The translations under genes were made by a program, and so were the position numbers. Positions 20,012-28,897 of a DNA stretch of 64,000 nucleotides are shown piece after piece. Location of the stretch: NCBI GenBank assembly GCA_048538235.1, contig JBLYPX010000001.1:328013-392012 (forward strand). Direction: 5' to 3'. The DNA comes from Candidatus Komeilibacteria bacterium (GTDB lineage: Bacteria; Patescibacteriota; Patescibacteriia; UBA1558). Below the pieces are notes generated by a model. The model was given only the letters and a program-made list of their open reading frames with translations. It made no database searches and was not told the origin of the DNA. Within the stretch, counting starts at the first letter, position 1; each line of letters opens with the position of its first letter.

Positions 20012-20046
20012 TAAAAGACCGAGCAAACAAACGCTCGGTTTTTTTC
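20012..20046 (+). terminator. Intrinsic terminator of unit C, upstream of alaS
   Basis: ACCGAGC-AAACAAAC-GCTCGGT followed by a 7-T run. Confidence 0.7.
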
Positions 20047-20084
20047 TTGCTTTTTTAGCTAAAATATATATACTAAATATTACT

Positions 20085-21830
20085 ATGATTACTACCAAAG
20101 AATTAAGAAATAAATATTTGGACTTCTTTAAGTCTAAAAATCACGCCATTATTGATGGTGCTTGTTTGATTCCAGAAAACGATCCATCTGTACTATTTAC
20201 AACAGCTGGTATGCATCCTTTGGTGCCATATTTACTTGGAGAAAAACATCCAGCTGGAACAAAACTAACAGATTTCCAGAAATGTATTAGAACAGGAGAT
20301 ATTGATGAAGTTGGAGATAATGGTCACTTAACTTTCTTTGAAATGCTTGGTAATTGGTCACTGGGTGAGTATTTTAAGAAAGAAGCTATTGAAATGAGCT
20401 TTGAATTCTTAACCAAAGAATTAGGAATAGATATATCTAAATTAGCAGTTTCTGTTTTTGCTGGAGACAATGATTCTCCTAAAGATGTAGAATCTGCACA
20501 GATTTGGATGAGCTTAGGTGTTTCTGAAGATAGAATTGCATATTTAGGTAAAGAAGATAATTGGTGGGGTCCTGCTGGTATTACTGGTCCTTGTGGACCA
20601 GATAGTGAGATGTTCTATTGGACAGGCAAGGAAGAGGCACCAGCTAAATTTGACCCAGCAGACGATAGATGGCTTGAAATATGGAATGATGTGTTTATGC
20701 AATACAATAAAGCTGAAGATGGTAAATATATTCCTTTGGAACAAAAGAATGTAGATACAGGCATGGGTTTAGAAAGAACTGTCGCTATTCTAAATGGTTA
20801 CGATAATGTCTATGAAGTAGATACTATTAAACCTATCTATGATGAAGTTAAGTCTTTAGTTGAAGATAAAGATAATGTTAGAGCTATTAGAATAATTACA
20901 GATCATATTCGTGCAGCAGTTATGATTATAGGAGACGATAGAGGAGCAAGTCCTTCTAATGTAGATCAAGGTTACGTTGTTAGAAGACTCATTCGTTCAG
21001 CTATTAGAAGAAGTAGGGAAGTTGGTGCTCCAGATGATTGTGTTTTTAAAGTTGCAACTAAAGTTATTGAAGTAAGTAAAGAACTATATCCTGAGATAGA
21101 AAATAACAGACAAAGAGTATTGTCAGAAATTAAAGTTGAAACAGAAAAGTTTTCTAAAGTTTTAGGTAAGGGTGAAGAAATGGTTAAGGAATACATTAAA
21201 GACGGTAAGATTGATGCTAATGAAGCCTTTCAACTATATACAACCTATGGTTTTCCAATTGAAGAAATACAAAGATTGGGTGTTGAAGTAGATATGGCTG
21301 GTTTTCAAAAGCAGATTAAAGATCATCAAGATTTATCTAGAAAAGGTGCTGAACAAAAATTTAAAGGTGGTTTAGCAGATAATTCTGAAGAAACAACTGC
21401 ACTCCATACTGCAACTCATCTATTACATGCAGCTCTACGTAAAGTTTTAGGCGATCATGTAGCTCAGAAAGGTTCAAACATTACTGCAGATAGAGCCCGT
21501 TTTGACTTTTCCCATCCAGATAAGCTTACTGATGAAGAAAAGGAAAAAGTCACTAATATGATCAATGAAGTTATTGATGCTAAATTACCAGTTTCGGTTG
21601 AAGAAATGACTGTTGAAGAAGCAAAAAATGCTGGAGCTTTAGGTCTTTTTAACCAAAAATATGGGGATAAAGTTAAAGTATATACAGTCGGAGAGGGAAA
21701 TAATGTCTTTTCAAGAGAGATTTGTGGCGGTCCTCATGTTAAAAATACAGCTGATTTAGGGCATTTTCGTATAAAAAAAGAAGAAGCTTCATCTGCAGGT
21801 ATTAGACGTATTAAAGCAGTGCTGGAATAA
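20085..21830 (+). CDS. alaS: Alanyl-tRNA synthetase, short form lacking the C-Ala domain
   Basis: Class II catalytic core (FTTAGMHPLVPY, FFEMLGNWSLGEYFK) plus editing domain HTATHLLHAAL. Ends at 581 aa. Confidence 0.85.
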   Translation: MITTKELRNKYLDFFKSKNHAIIDGACLIPENDPSVLFTTAGMHPLVPYLLGEKHPAGTKLTDFQKCIRTGDIDEVGDNGHLTFFEMLGNWSLGEYFKKEAIEMSFEFLTKELGIDISKLAVSVFAGDNDSPKDVESAQIWMSLGVSEDRIAYLGKEDNWWGPAGITGPCGPDSEMFYWTGKEEAPAKFDPADDRWLEIWNDVFMQYNKAEDGKYIPLEQKNVDTGMGLERTVAILNGYDNVYEVDTIKPIYDEVKSLVEDKDNVRAIRIITDHIRAAVMIIGDDRGASPSNVDQGYVVRRLIRSAIRRSREVGAPDDCVFKVATKVIEVSKELYPEIENNRQRVLSEIKVETEKFSKVLGKGEEMVKEYIKDGKIDANEAFQLYTTYGFPIEEIQRLGVEVDMAGFQKQIKDHQDLSRKGAEQKFKGGLADNSEETTALHTATHLLHAALRKVLGDHVAQKGSNITADRARFDFSHPDKLTDEEKEKVTNMINEVIDAKLPVSVEEMTVEEAKNAGALGLFNQKYGDKVKVYTVGEGNNVFSREICGGPHVKNTADLGHFRIKKEEASSAGIRRIKAVLE

Positions 21831-21867
21831 TTGACAATAGCTGCAAAATAATATATTATATTTACGC

Positions 21868-21895
21868 TTGACATTTAGAAGAAATCCCGTATAAT
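21868..21895 (+). promoter_or_regulatory. Consensus sigma70 promoter of the infA-ribosomal protein operon
   Basis: TTGACA-16 nt-TATAAT. Confidence 0.5.
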
Positions 21896-21957
21896 TGCAA
21901 GCGTGTTAATTAATATCAATTGAGATAAAAATATTTATCCAATACTTTAGAGGAACT

Positions 21958-22017
21958 ATGGTTAAAAACGTAAGATCTGAAGTGTGGTGTATTTTTTTTA
22001 CCCTGAATGGAAAATAA
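21958..22017 (+). CDS. Upstream leader mini-ORF (19 codons) overlapping the infA start
   Basis: SD AGAGGAA then ATG. Its stop TAA overlaps infA codons 3-4 (ATGGAAAATAA). infA itself has no SD. Confidence 0.25.
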   Translation: MVKNVRSEVWCIFFTLNGK

Positions 22018-22243
22018 CGAATTTGGAACAAATAAAAAAGGTTTTATTGAGGCAGTTGGCACTGTCATAGAATTATTGCCCGCTACAAACTTTAAAGTTG
22101 AGCTTGAAAATGGGCATGAGATTACAGCATACCTTTCTGGTAAATTAAGAAAATTTAGAATTAAAATTCTTCCTGGAGATAAGGTTAAAGTGGAAATGAG
22201 TCCATATGACTTAACTAAAGGTAGAATTACATATAGAAATTAA
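22007..22243 (+). CDS. infA: Translation initiation factor IF-1
   Basis: S1-like fold [21 protein letters not shown]...[21 protein letters not shown]. Confidence 0.85.
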   Translation: MENNEFGTNKKGFIEAVGTVIELLPATNFKVELENGHEITAYLSGKLRKFRIKILPGDKVKVEMSPYDLTKGRITYRN

Positions 22244-22252
22244 ATTAATAAA

Positions 22253-22366
22253 ATGAAAGTTAGAGCTTCTGTAAAGAAAATGTGTAAAGATTGTAAGATT
22301 ACTCGCCGTAAAGGACGTGTAGTTTGTCTTTGTACAAATCCTAAACATAAGCAAAGACAAGGTTAA
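22253..22366 (+). CDS. rpmJ: 50S ribosomal protein L36
   Basis: [37 protein letters not shown]. Below the size cutoff of the ORF track. Confidence 0.85.
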   Translation: MKVRASVKKMCKDCKITRRKGRVVCLCTNPKHKQRQG

Positions 22367-22375
22367 TATAATACT

Positions 22376-22765
22376 ATGGCAAGAATCGCAAATGTAAATG
22401 TACCAAATGAAAAAAGAGTTGTTATTGGATTAACATATATCTATGGTATTGGTGCAACTACTGCAGCTAAAATATTAAAAGCTGTAAAGATAGATGAAAG
22501 TACAAGAGTCAAAGATTTAACTGAAGCTCAATTACAGACATTGAGAGATTTTATTGGTAAGTCACACAAAGTAGAAGGAGACTTAAGAAGAGAAGTTCTA
22601 CTTAATATTAAAAGATTAAAAGAAATTTCAGCATACCGTGGTTCTAGACATGCACGTTCTTTACCAGCACGTGGTCAAAGAACAAAGACTAATTCTAGAA
22701 CAGTTAGAGGTAATAAGAGAAGAACAATGGGTAGTGGTAAAGCTAAAGCTGCTGCTAAGACTTAA
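22376..22765 (+). CDS. rpsM: 30S ribosomal protein S13
   Basis: [26 protein letters not shown]... Confidence 0.9.
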   Translation: MARIANVNVPNEKRVVIGLTYIYGIGATTAAKILKAVKIDESTRVKDLTEAQLQTLRDFIGKSHKVEGDLRREVLLNIKRLKEISAYRGSRHARSLPARGQRTKTNSRTVRGNKRRTMGSGKAKAAAKT

Positions 22766-22776
22766 TTTATACAAGT

Positions 22777-23229
22777 ATGTCACGTAAAAAAAGATTATTA
22801 GATAAACAAAGAAAAAGAGCAGTTAGTAAAAAAACTGTTGTTAATAAAGATAAGAAGCCTAAGCGTAAGAAAGTTAAACGTATTGTTAAACGTGGACAAG
22901 CTCACGTACAGGCTACATATAATAATACAATTGTAAGTATTTCAGATTTAAACGGTGGCGTATTAGCACAATCATCTGCAGGAGAGTCTGGTTTTAAAGG
23001 ACCAAAGAAAGCTACTCCATACGCAGCTACAGTTATTGTTAAAAACTTAGCTGAGAAAGTTAAGAATTATGGTGTACAAGAAGTAGATGTATTTGTTAAA
23101 GGTGTTGGTTCTGGAAGAGAATCAGCAGTACGTGCCTTACATGCTAATGGTATTAATGTTATGAGTATTAAGGACGTAACTCCAATACCACATAATGGCT
23201 GTAGACCTAAGAAACCTAGAAGAGTTTAA
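22777..23229 (+). CDS. rpsK: 30S ribosomal protein S11 with a ~30-aa basic N-terminal extension
   Basis: S11 core VSISDLNGGVLAQSSAGESGFKG... Confidence 0.88.
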   Translation: MSRKKRLLDKQRKRAVSKKTVVNKDKKPKRKKVKRIVKRGQAHVQATYNNTIVSISDLNGGVLAQSSAGESGFKGPKKATPYAATVIVKNLAEKVKNYGVQEVDVFVKGVGSGRESAVRALHANGINVMSIKDVTPIPHNGCRPKKPRRV

Positions 23230-23238
23230 TATAAATAT

Positions 23239-23853
23239 ATGGGAAGATATAGAGGACCAAAATGGAAACAATCAAGAAGAGAAGGCGTTGAACTTCGTGA
23301 AGAAGGGAAGCGTGCTTTAACCAAGAGAAATTATCCACCGGGTATTCATGGACCAATGTCTATGCGTAAACGTTTAACATCATATGGTAAACAGTTAAGA
23401 GAGAAACAGAAATGTAAACGTATGTACGGTGTATATGAAAAACAATTCTTGAATTATTATAAAAAAGCTGTTAACACAACTGGTAATGCTGCAGATAATC
23501 TTCGAACTCTACTTGAGTCTAGATTAGATAATGCTATTTACAGATTGGGTTGGGCTACTTCAAGACAACAAGCAAGACAGCTTGTTACACATGGTCATAT
23601 TGAAATAGACGGTAATAAGGTAGATATACCTTCATACCATGTAACTCCAGGCATGATCATAACTATTAAGAAATCATACCAAGATAAAGCATATTGGAAA
23701 GATGTTTTACCTAAAACTGCAAAGAAAGAAATGCCAGGTTGGATAGGCTATGATGCTACTAAAGCAGAAGCTACTATTACAACAGCTCCAGATATAGACG
23801 TTACAGTATCTATGTATGACGCTACTTTAATAATTGAATTTTATTCAAAATAA
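23239..23853 (+). CDS. rpsD: 30S ribosomal protein S4
   Basis: MGRYRGPKWKQSRREG... plus an S4 RNA-binding domain. Confidence 0.9.
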   Translation: MGRYRGPKWKQSRREGVELREEGKRALTKRNYPPGIHGPMSMRKRLTSYGKQLREKQKCKRMYGVYEKQFLNYYKKAVNTTGNAADNLRTLLESRLDNAIYRLGWATSRQQARQLVTHGHIEIDGNKVDIPSYHVTPGMIITIKKSYQDKAYWKDVLPKTAKKEMPGWIGYDATKAEATITTAPDIDVTVSMYDATLIIEFYSK

Positions 23854-23871
23854 AATCTTAACCAAAAAACT

Positions 23872-24666
23872 ATGTTGTCAATTACACCTCCACAAAATAT
23901 TACTTACAATGAACAAGCAGATAATAAAACTGAGGTTATTATTGAACCTTGTTATCCTGGATATGGTGTTACGATTGGTAATTCATTAAGAAGAGTATTA
24001 CTTGCATCACTAGATGGTGCTGCTATTGTCGGCTTTAAAATTAAAGGCGTAGATCATGAATTCTCAGCTATTGAGAATGTTAAAGAAGATGTGGTAGATA
24101 TTATACTTAATTTAAAGAAAGTAAGACTTAAAATTCATGAAATGCCAGAAGAAGGGGATGTAAGACTAACATTAAAGATGAGTGGTTCTAAAAAAGTAAC
24201 TGCTGGAGATATAGATAAAGATTCAAATGTAGAAATTATTAATAAAGATCAATTAATCGCTACTTTAACAGATGCCAAGGCTGAATTTGAAATGGAAATT
24301 TTTGCTAGAGTTGGTAGAGGTTATGAAACAGTTGAACAAAGAGATAAAGAAAAGTTAGAAATTGGTACAATTGCTATTGATTCACTTTACTCACCAGTTG
24401 TTAATGTAGGCTTTACTATTGAAAGTACTCGTGTTGGTGAAATGACTAACTATGAAAAGTTAATCATGTTAATTGAAACAGATGGTACTATTTCTACAGA
24501 AGATGCAGTAGATAGTTCAACTAAACTATTAGTAAATCAATTTACAGCTTTAATAAATTCTAAGGAAGAAAAAAAAGAGAAAAAGGTTAAATTAGAGGAA
24601 AAGGTTGAAGAACTTCCAGAAGAAGAGGCTGCTAAACCAGGAAGACCAAAAAAAGAAGATAAATAA
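23872..24666 (+). CDS. rpoA: RNA polymerase alpha subunit with NTD only and a K/E-rich tail instead of the CTD
   Basis: The alpha-NTD dimerisation region is conserved. The protein is 264 aa and ends EKKEKKVKLEEKVEELPEEEAAKPGRPKKEDK. Confidence 0.78.
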   Translation: MLSITPPQNITYNEQADNKTEVIIEPCYPGYGVTIGNSLRRVLLASLDGAAIVGFKIKGVDHEFSAIENVKEDVVDIILNLKKVRLKIHEMPEEGDVRLTLKMSGSKKVTAGDIDKDSNVEIINKDQLIATLTDAKAEFEMEIFARVGRGYETVEQRDKEKLEIGTIAIDSLYSPVVNVGFTIESTRVGEMTNYEKLIMLIETDGTISTEDAVDSSTKLLVNQFTALINSKEEKKEKKVKLEEKVEELPEEEAAKPGRPKKEDK

Positions 24667-24668
24667 TT

Positions 24669-25019
24669 ATGAGACATAATAAAACTACAGGTAAATTAAG
24701 TAGAAATGCAGGCGCTAGAAAATCACTAATGGCTAATTTAGCTATGCAGTTAATTATATTTGAAGGTATTACAACTACAGAAGCTAAAGCTAAAGAGCTT
24801 AGAAAGTATATTGAGCCAATGATAACAAAAGCCAAAAGAGGTAATTTAGCAGACAGACGTAAATTAATTGGTGTTTTGCCAATTAAGAAAGCTGTTGCTA
24901 AACTATTTGATGTAATTGGTCCAAAATATAAAGAAAGAAATGGTGGTTATACCAGAATTATTAAACTAGAACCTAGAGTAGGTGATGGTGCTAAAATGGC
25001 TAAAATTGAATTAGTATAA
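24669..25019 (+). CDS. rplQ: 50S ribosomal protein L17
   Basis: MRHNKTTGKLSRNAGARKSL... Confidence 0.9.
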   Translation: MRHNKTTGKLSRNAGARKSLMANLAMQLIIFEGITTTEAKAKELRKYIEPMITKAKRGNLADRRKLIGVLPIKKAVAKLFDVIGPKYKERNGGYTRIIKLEPRVGDGAKMAKIELV

Positions 25020-25021
25020 TT

Positions 25022-25381
25022 ATGAAATACAATAATAGAGAACATCATAAAATAGACGTTGAGGGTAAAGTAGCTGGCAGAATCGCTTCTGAAGTTGCTA
25101 AGATTTTAATTGGTAAGAATAAACCAGATTATGAACCTCATATAGATTCAGGAGATTATGTTGAAATTGCTAATGTAGATAAATTAGTATTTACTGGTAA
25201 TAAATTAGAGGATAAGAAATATCATAAATTTACTGGCTATATCGGTAATTTAAAAACAACTGTTCTTAAAGATTGGATGAATAAAAAACCAGATAAGCTT
25301 TTTCAGAGAATGGTTAGAAATATGTTACCAGATAATAGACTAAGAGCAGATAGATTAAAAAGATTAACTTTTAAGAAATAG
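25022..25381 (+). CDS. rplM: 50S ribosomal protein L13
   Basis: L13 family sequence. Position between rplQ and rpsI. Confidence 0.88.
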   Translation: MKYNNREHHKIDVEGKVAGRIASEVAKILIGKNKPDYEPHIDSGDYVEIANVDKLVFTGNKLEDKKYHKFTGYIGNLKTTVLKDWMNKKPDKLFQRMVRNMLPDNRLRADRLKRLTFKK

Positions 25382-25383
25382 AC

Positions 25384-25854
25384 ATGGCAGATACAGTAAC
25401 AAAAGAGAAACCTAAGGCAGCAGCTGTTAAAGCAGGAAATACACCTAAGGTTAAAAAATATAAAGGAATGTACCAATCAGTTGGTAAAAGAAAATCAGCT
25501 GTAGCTAGAGTACGTTTATCTGACAAAGGAGATAAAACAGAGATTGTTGTTAATGGTAAGCCAATGAATGAATATTTTAATAGTCCTATTTGGCAGAAAA
25601 CAATATTAGCTCCATTAGATATTACTGGTTATTTAAATAAGGTAGCTATTTCAGTAAAAGTTCAAGGTGGCGGACCTATGGGTCAAGCAGAAGCTATTCG
25701 TCATGGTATTGCTAAGATACTTGTAGGTATAAATGAAGCTCACCGTAAACCATTAAAAGTATTAGGCTTTTTAACTAGAGATCCTCGTGTTAAAGAAAGA
25801 AAGAAACCTGGTCTAAAACGTGCACGTCGTGCACCACAATGGTCAAAACGTTAA
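25384..25854 (+). CDS. rpsI: 30S ribosomal protein S9
   Basis: C-terminal ...GLKRARRAPQWSKR. Confidence 0.9.
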   Translation: MADTVTKEKPKAAAVKAGNTPKVKKYKGMYQSVGKRKSAVARVRLSDKGDKTEIVVNGKPMNEYFNSPIWQKTILAPLDITGYLNKVAISVKVQGGGPMGQAEAIRHGIAKILVGINEAHRKPLKVLGFLTRDPRVKERKKPGLKRARRAPQWSKR

Positions 25855-25880
25855 TTATTGCGTACATTATATATACATAT

Positions 25881-25908
25881 AAAACAGATTCCTTTGGAGT
25901 CTGTTTTA
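25881..25908 (+). terminator. Intrinsic terminator after rpsI
   Basis: AAACAGAT-TCCTTTGGAG-TCTGTTTT. Confidence 0.55.
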
Positions 25909-25913
25909 GTTTG

Positions 25914-25942
25914 TTGACAGGAAATATTATACATGGTTAAAT
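25914..25942 (+). promoter_or_regulatory. Putative promoter of membrane protein gene 25975
   Basis: TTGACA-17 nt-TTAAAT. The downstream gene has SD AAGGAGG. Confidence 0.3.
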
Positions 25943-25974
25943 ACAGTATTGTAATTTAACACAAAGGAGGGGTT

Positions 25975-26370
25975 ATGAAAAACGCTTATAAATGGCTGTT
26001 GATTACATTTAGTGTTGTTATATACACCCTGATGATAATCTCGGGTGTACATCTCAAATTCTGGGAAATTTTCACCAGAGGAAATGTTTGGACAATGCTA
26101 TTACTAATAGTTTTGTTCCTAACAGTGTTTGTTGCTCGTCTTCTGGTGTATATCGCCAGTAAATGGGGAACAGCTCCGTGTAATCCAGTTGCTTTCGGTA
26201 TCGGAGTAGGAGTGTTTGTTGTTCTGAATATATTTCCATCAACAAGGGAATTGTTCTTTTTTAGACCGGCAGCTGGTATCGCCACCATAATTATGGTTAT
26301 TACAGATCTTCATGTAATGGCTAACTATATTATGGACGATGACAAAATTTACAATTCAGCTGAAAGTTAG
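25975..26370 (+). CDS. Integral membrane protein (4 TM), function unknown
   Basis: SD AAGGAGGGG, four hydrophobic helices, own terminator. Confidence 0.55.
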   Translation: MKNAYKWLLITFSVVIYTLMIISGVHLKFWEIFTRGNVWTMLLLIVLFLTVFVARLLVYIASKWGTAPCNPVAFGIGVGVFVVLNIFPSTRELFFFRPAAGIATIIMVITDLHVMANYIMDDDKIYNSAES

Positions 26371-26387
26371 TCGCTCTTTTCAAAATG

Positions 26388-26417
26388 AAAACCACCTCAT
26401 TGTGAGGTGGTTTTTTT
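26388..26417. terminator. Bidirectional intrinsic terminator
   Basis: CCACCTCA-TTG-TGAGGTGG followed by a 7-T run. The complementary strand has an A-run. Overlaps the stop of the minus-strand gene. Confidence 0.7.
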
Positions 26418-26768
26418 GTTCTGCAAGTCATGAATATACCAAGCCATTATTGCGCTTGAATAAAAGGCAATGCTTGGTAAAAAAGCAAAGGCAAATTTGA
26501 ATGACCAGGATATGTTTTCAACATTCGTGTAAACAGATTCTGGATCAACAAACCATCTTAGCATTCCACCTAGAAAGATTCCAATTCCTAGTAGTGCTAA
26601 TAGTATTTTTCCACTAGGTACATTGTAGAATTTAGGAGCCAGTACAAAAGCAGATAGTGCAAAGAATGGTGAGAAGGTAATGTTTCCTAAGTACCCTGGA
26701 ATTCCACCAAATACTACGTAAATCAGGGGTAGGATTAAAACATGGAAATATCTTTTGTCGGTTATCAT
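26397..26768 (-). CDS. Integral membrane protein (4 TM), function unknown
   Basis: Start chosen at MITDKRY, which has SD AAGGAG. The ORF-track start at 26822 has no SD. Confidence 0.5.
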   Translation of the reverse strand: MITDKRYFHVLILPLIYVVFGGIPGYLGNITFSPFFALSAFVLAPKFYNVPSGKILLALLGIGIFLGGMLRWFVDPESVYTNVENISWSFKFAFAFLPSIAFYSSAIMAWYIHDLQNKKTTSQ

Positions 26769-26844
26769 TTTATTCTCCTTTGTATATTTCATTGTCAAAT
26801 AGCTAGTAGGAAATATTAACATGAAGCCCTGTATCAGTCAAGAC

Positions 26845-26878
26845 TAAAACAAAAACCGCTTCGATGTTCTGAAGCGGT
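26845..26878 (-). terminator. Intrinsic terminator of the 26888-27328 gene
   Basis: ACCGCTTC-AGAACATC-GAAGCGGT with a T-run on the minus strand. Confidence 0.7.
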
Positions 26879-26887
26879 CAATATGAC

Positions 26888-27328
26888 TTAGCCAGTCATA
26901 TCTTTACAATTCTTCTCGAATTGCTTGTATTCGTGTTGTTCTTCGGTGATCATTTTTTCCTTGCGAACATAGTTCCAGGCACCCAAGACAGCACCAATGA
27001 TTGAAAAGAACATACTCATAAGAGCGGCACTGAATCTCACCAATAATGTTTCAAGAACTGGTGAGAGAACTGTGTTTGGATTGTATACCTCTACATCAAA
27101 TGTAGATAAATATATTCCAGCCACAAGTGTTCCGAAAAGCCATGGGATTATAGAATGTATATCCCCAAGACGTAAAGCTGAATAACCAAGTACAAATGCT
27201 ATTAATGACACTATCCACCAAGATAGGTATGGATCGTGCCTAACTGCAGTACTGACAAAAAAAGCTGCTAGGGCAAATAACACCATTAGTGTTCTGCCTG
27301 GCTCAACATCCCAACCTCTTTCACTCAT
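26888..27328 (-). CDS. Integral membrane protein (4 TM), function unknown
   Basis: SD GGAGGA and hydrophobic helices. Confidence 0.55.
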   Translation of the reverse strand: MSERGWDVEPGRTLMVLFALAAFFVSTAVRHDPYLSWWIVSLIAFVLGYSALRLGDIHSIIPWLFGTLVAGIYLSTFDVEVYNPNTVLSPVLETLLVRFSAALMSMFFSIIGAVLGAWNYVRKEKMITEEQHEYKQFEKNCKDMTG

Positions 27329-27460
27329 TGTATTTCCTCCATTTAAATAATGTACGATTAGTAATACAAATTACCATGGATACACACTAAAGTCAATATA
27401 TTATTGACAATAATATATAATTGTGTTAATCTACACAGAACTTTGAAATAGGGGGTAGAT

Positions 27461-27661
27461 ATGGAATCTACAAAGCTACAAAAAATGCGTAAAGCTACCT
27501 TCATGAAAATTTGTCGTGAAGAAGGTGTCGTAGGTAATGCTGCAGAACACTTGTGGGAAATAATAAGTATTAACCCATGTAGCATACTAAATACTGATCC
27601 ATCATCAAAAGAATGGGTTAGAAAAATTGCCAAAGAAACATTAGTACTTTGGAGAAAATGA
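27461..27661 (+). CDS. Small basic protein, paralog 1 (66 aa)
   Basis: SD GGGGGT. Clear similarity to the next ORF (KICREEG...AEHLW...SIL..DPS.EWVRK.AK..L). Confidence 0.5.
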   Translation: MESTKLQKMRKATFMKICREEGVVGNAAEHLWEIISINPCSILNTDPSSKEWVRKIAKETLVLWRK

Positions 27662-27668
27662 GGAGTTC

Positions 27669-27872
27669 ATGTATAGACCAAAAAGATTACCCAGACGCAA
27701 ATTTATTCAAATTTGTACAGAACAAGGTTTAGATAAATATACAGCTGAAAATTTGTATCTTCGTCTTAAATCTAAAAGGAAAATTCTGTTGGTAAATACA
27801 CCAAGTAATGTAGACTGGATAAGAGCCAGTGCTAGAAAAGCAGCTCTTCGCCAGGCGAAAAGCAAAACCTAA
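27669..27872 (+). CDS. Small basic protein, paralog 2 (67 aa)
   Basis: SD GAGGAG. Sequence QICTEQG...AENLY...ILLVNTPSNVDWIRASARKAAL. Confidence 0.5.
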   Translation: MYRPKRLPRRKFIQICTEQGLDKYTAENLYLRLKSKRKILLVNTPSNVDWIRASARKAALRQAKSKT

Positions 27873-27876
27873 TTTA

Positions 27877-27906
27877 GGTTCATGATTAATTCATGGACCT
27901 TTTTTA
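27877..27906 (+). terminator. Intrinsic terminator after the paralog pair
   Basis: GGTTCATGA-TTAAT-TCATGGACC followed by a T-run. Confidence 0.6.
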
Positions 27907-27913
27907 TTTAAAT

Positions 27914-27950
27914 TAAAACCCAGCTAACTTTCGCTAGCTGGGCTGTTTTT
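27914..27950. terminator. Bidirectional intrinsic terminator
   Basis: CCCAGCTA-ACTTTCGC-TAGCTGGG with U-runs on both strands. Confidence 0.65.
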
Positions 27951-28779
27951 AAAACAGTGAAATAATGTCATTACCAAGAGATAGGACAACTAGTAAAACT
28001 ACCAGTATTACACCAATATTTTCAAAGGCCTTGTTTATTGTTGGGCTTATATTCTTAATATATGCTCCAACAATTCGTCCGCCGTCTAATGGAAACAATG
28101 GTAATGTGTTTAATAGTCCAATAGCAAGTGTTAATGTCATTGTTAATGACAGAAAGTCTACAAAACCATTAACAGTACCATTGGTCATATTAAAGATAGC
28201 AATAGGGCCACCAAATACGTCTCCTGTTGCAGATCCACCATCAACTGCACCTTTTAGACCATTACCAATACTATTAGCAGCAAGATCTGCAGAAATAGCA
28301 TCTCCTGTCATAGCTATTACAGCAAGTAGTCCAAGAATTGCCAGCACAGGCATAATTACATAGCTAAAAAATCTTTTAGCTAGCAATACCATTCCAAGTG
28401 CAAATAATAGCATCCAGAGATGGGGGATGAAAAATCCATACAGAATGGATAAGATCATTCCTAAAACCAGACCAAGACAATAGTTTGCCCAAGGGCCAGA
28501 ACCAGATATTACAACATTATCCTTAAGAGATATTTCCTCCCATATGTTAGATTTCTCCGGTTTAACATAAGCCATCACAACTAGAGGACTAAAAGTAACC
28601 GGACAATCAAAGTACTTACTGTACGTTTTTATGGTTAACCATTTAACTGGTACGCCAATTCCAATTGAGTTAATCTTAACACCACGTTTTCTCATTTCAT
28701 ATGCATGTGCAAATTCATGAACAGTGGCACTTATTCCAAAAGCAAAAAGCAGTATAGCGAATGTTAATAGTGAGGTCAT
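27949..28779 (-). CDS. Site-2 protease family (M50) zinc metalloprotease, short form without PDZ
   Basis: HEFAHA (HExxH) in TM1 and LFPLDGGRI (LDG motif). Polytopic membrane protein. Confidence 0.75.
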   Translation of the reverse strand: MTSLLTFAILLFAFGISATVHEFAHAYEMRKRGVKINSIGIGVPVKWLTIKTYSKYFDCPVTFSPLVVMAYVKPEKSNIWEEISLKDNVVISGSGPWANYCLGLVLGMILSILYGFFIPHLWMLLFALGMVLLAKRFFSYVIMPVLAILGLLAVIAMTGDAISADLAANSIGNGLKGAVDGGSATGDVFGGPIAIFNMTNGTVNGFVDFLSLTMTLTLAIGLLNTLPLFPLDGGRIVGAYIKNISPTINKAFENIGVILVVLLVVLSLGNDIISLF

Positions 28780-28897
28780 AACCTCCTCCTTTTATTTCAT
28801 GTTTAATGTTAATGAGCCAACAAAATACATTAGCATATATTTACATATTTGTCAATATTCTTTTGACTTTTTTACTTTAACAAGAGATAATTAGTCC

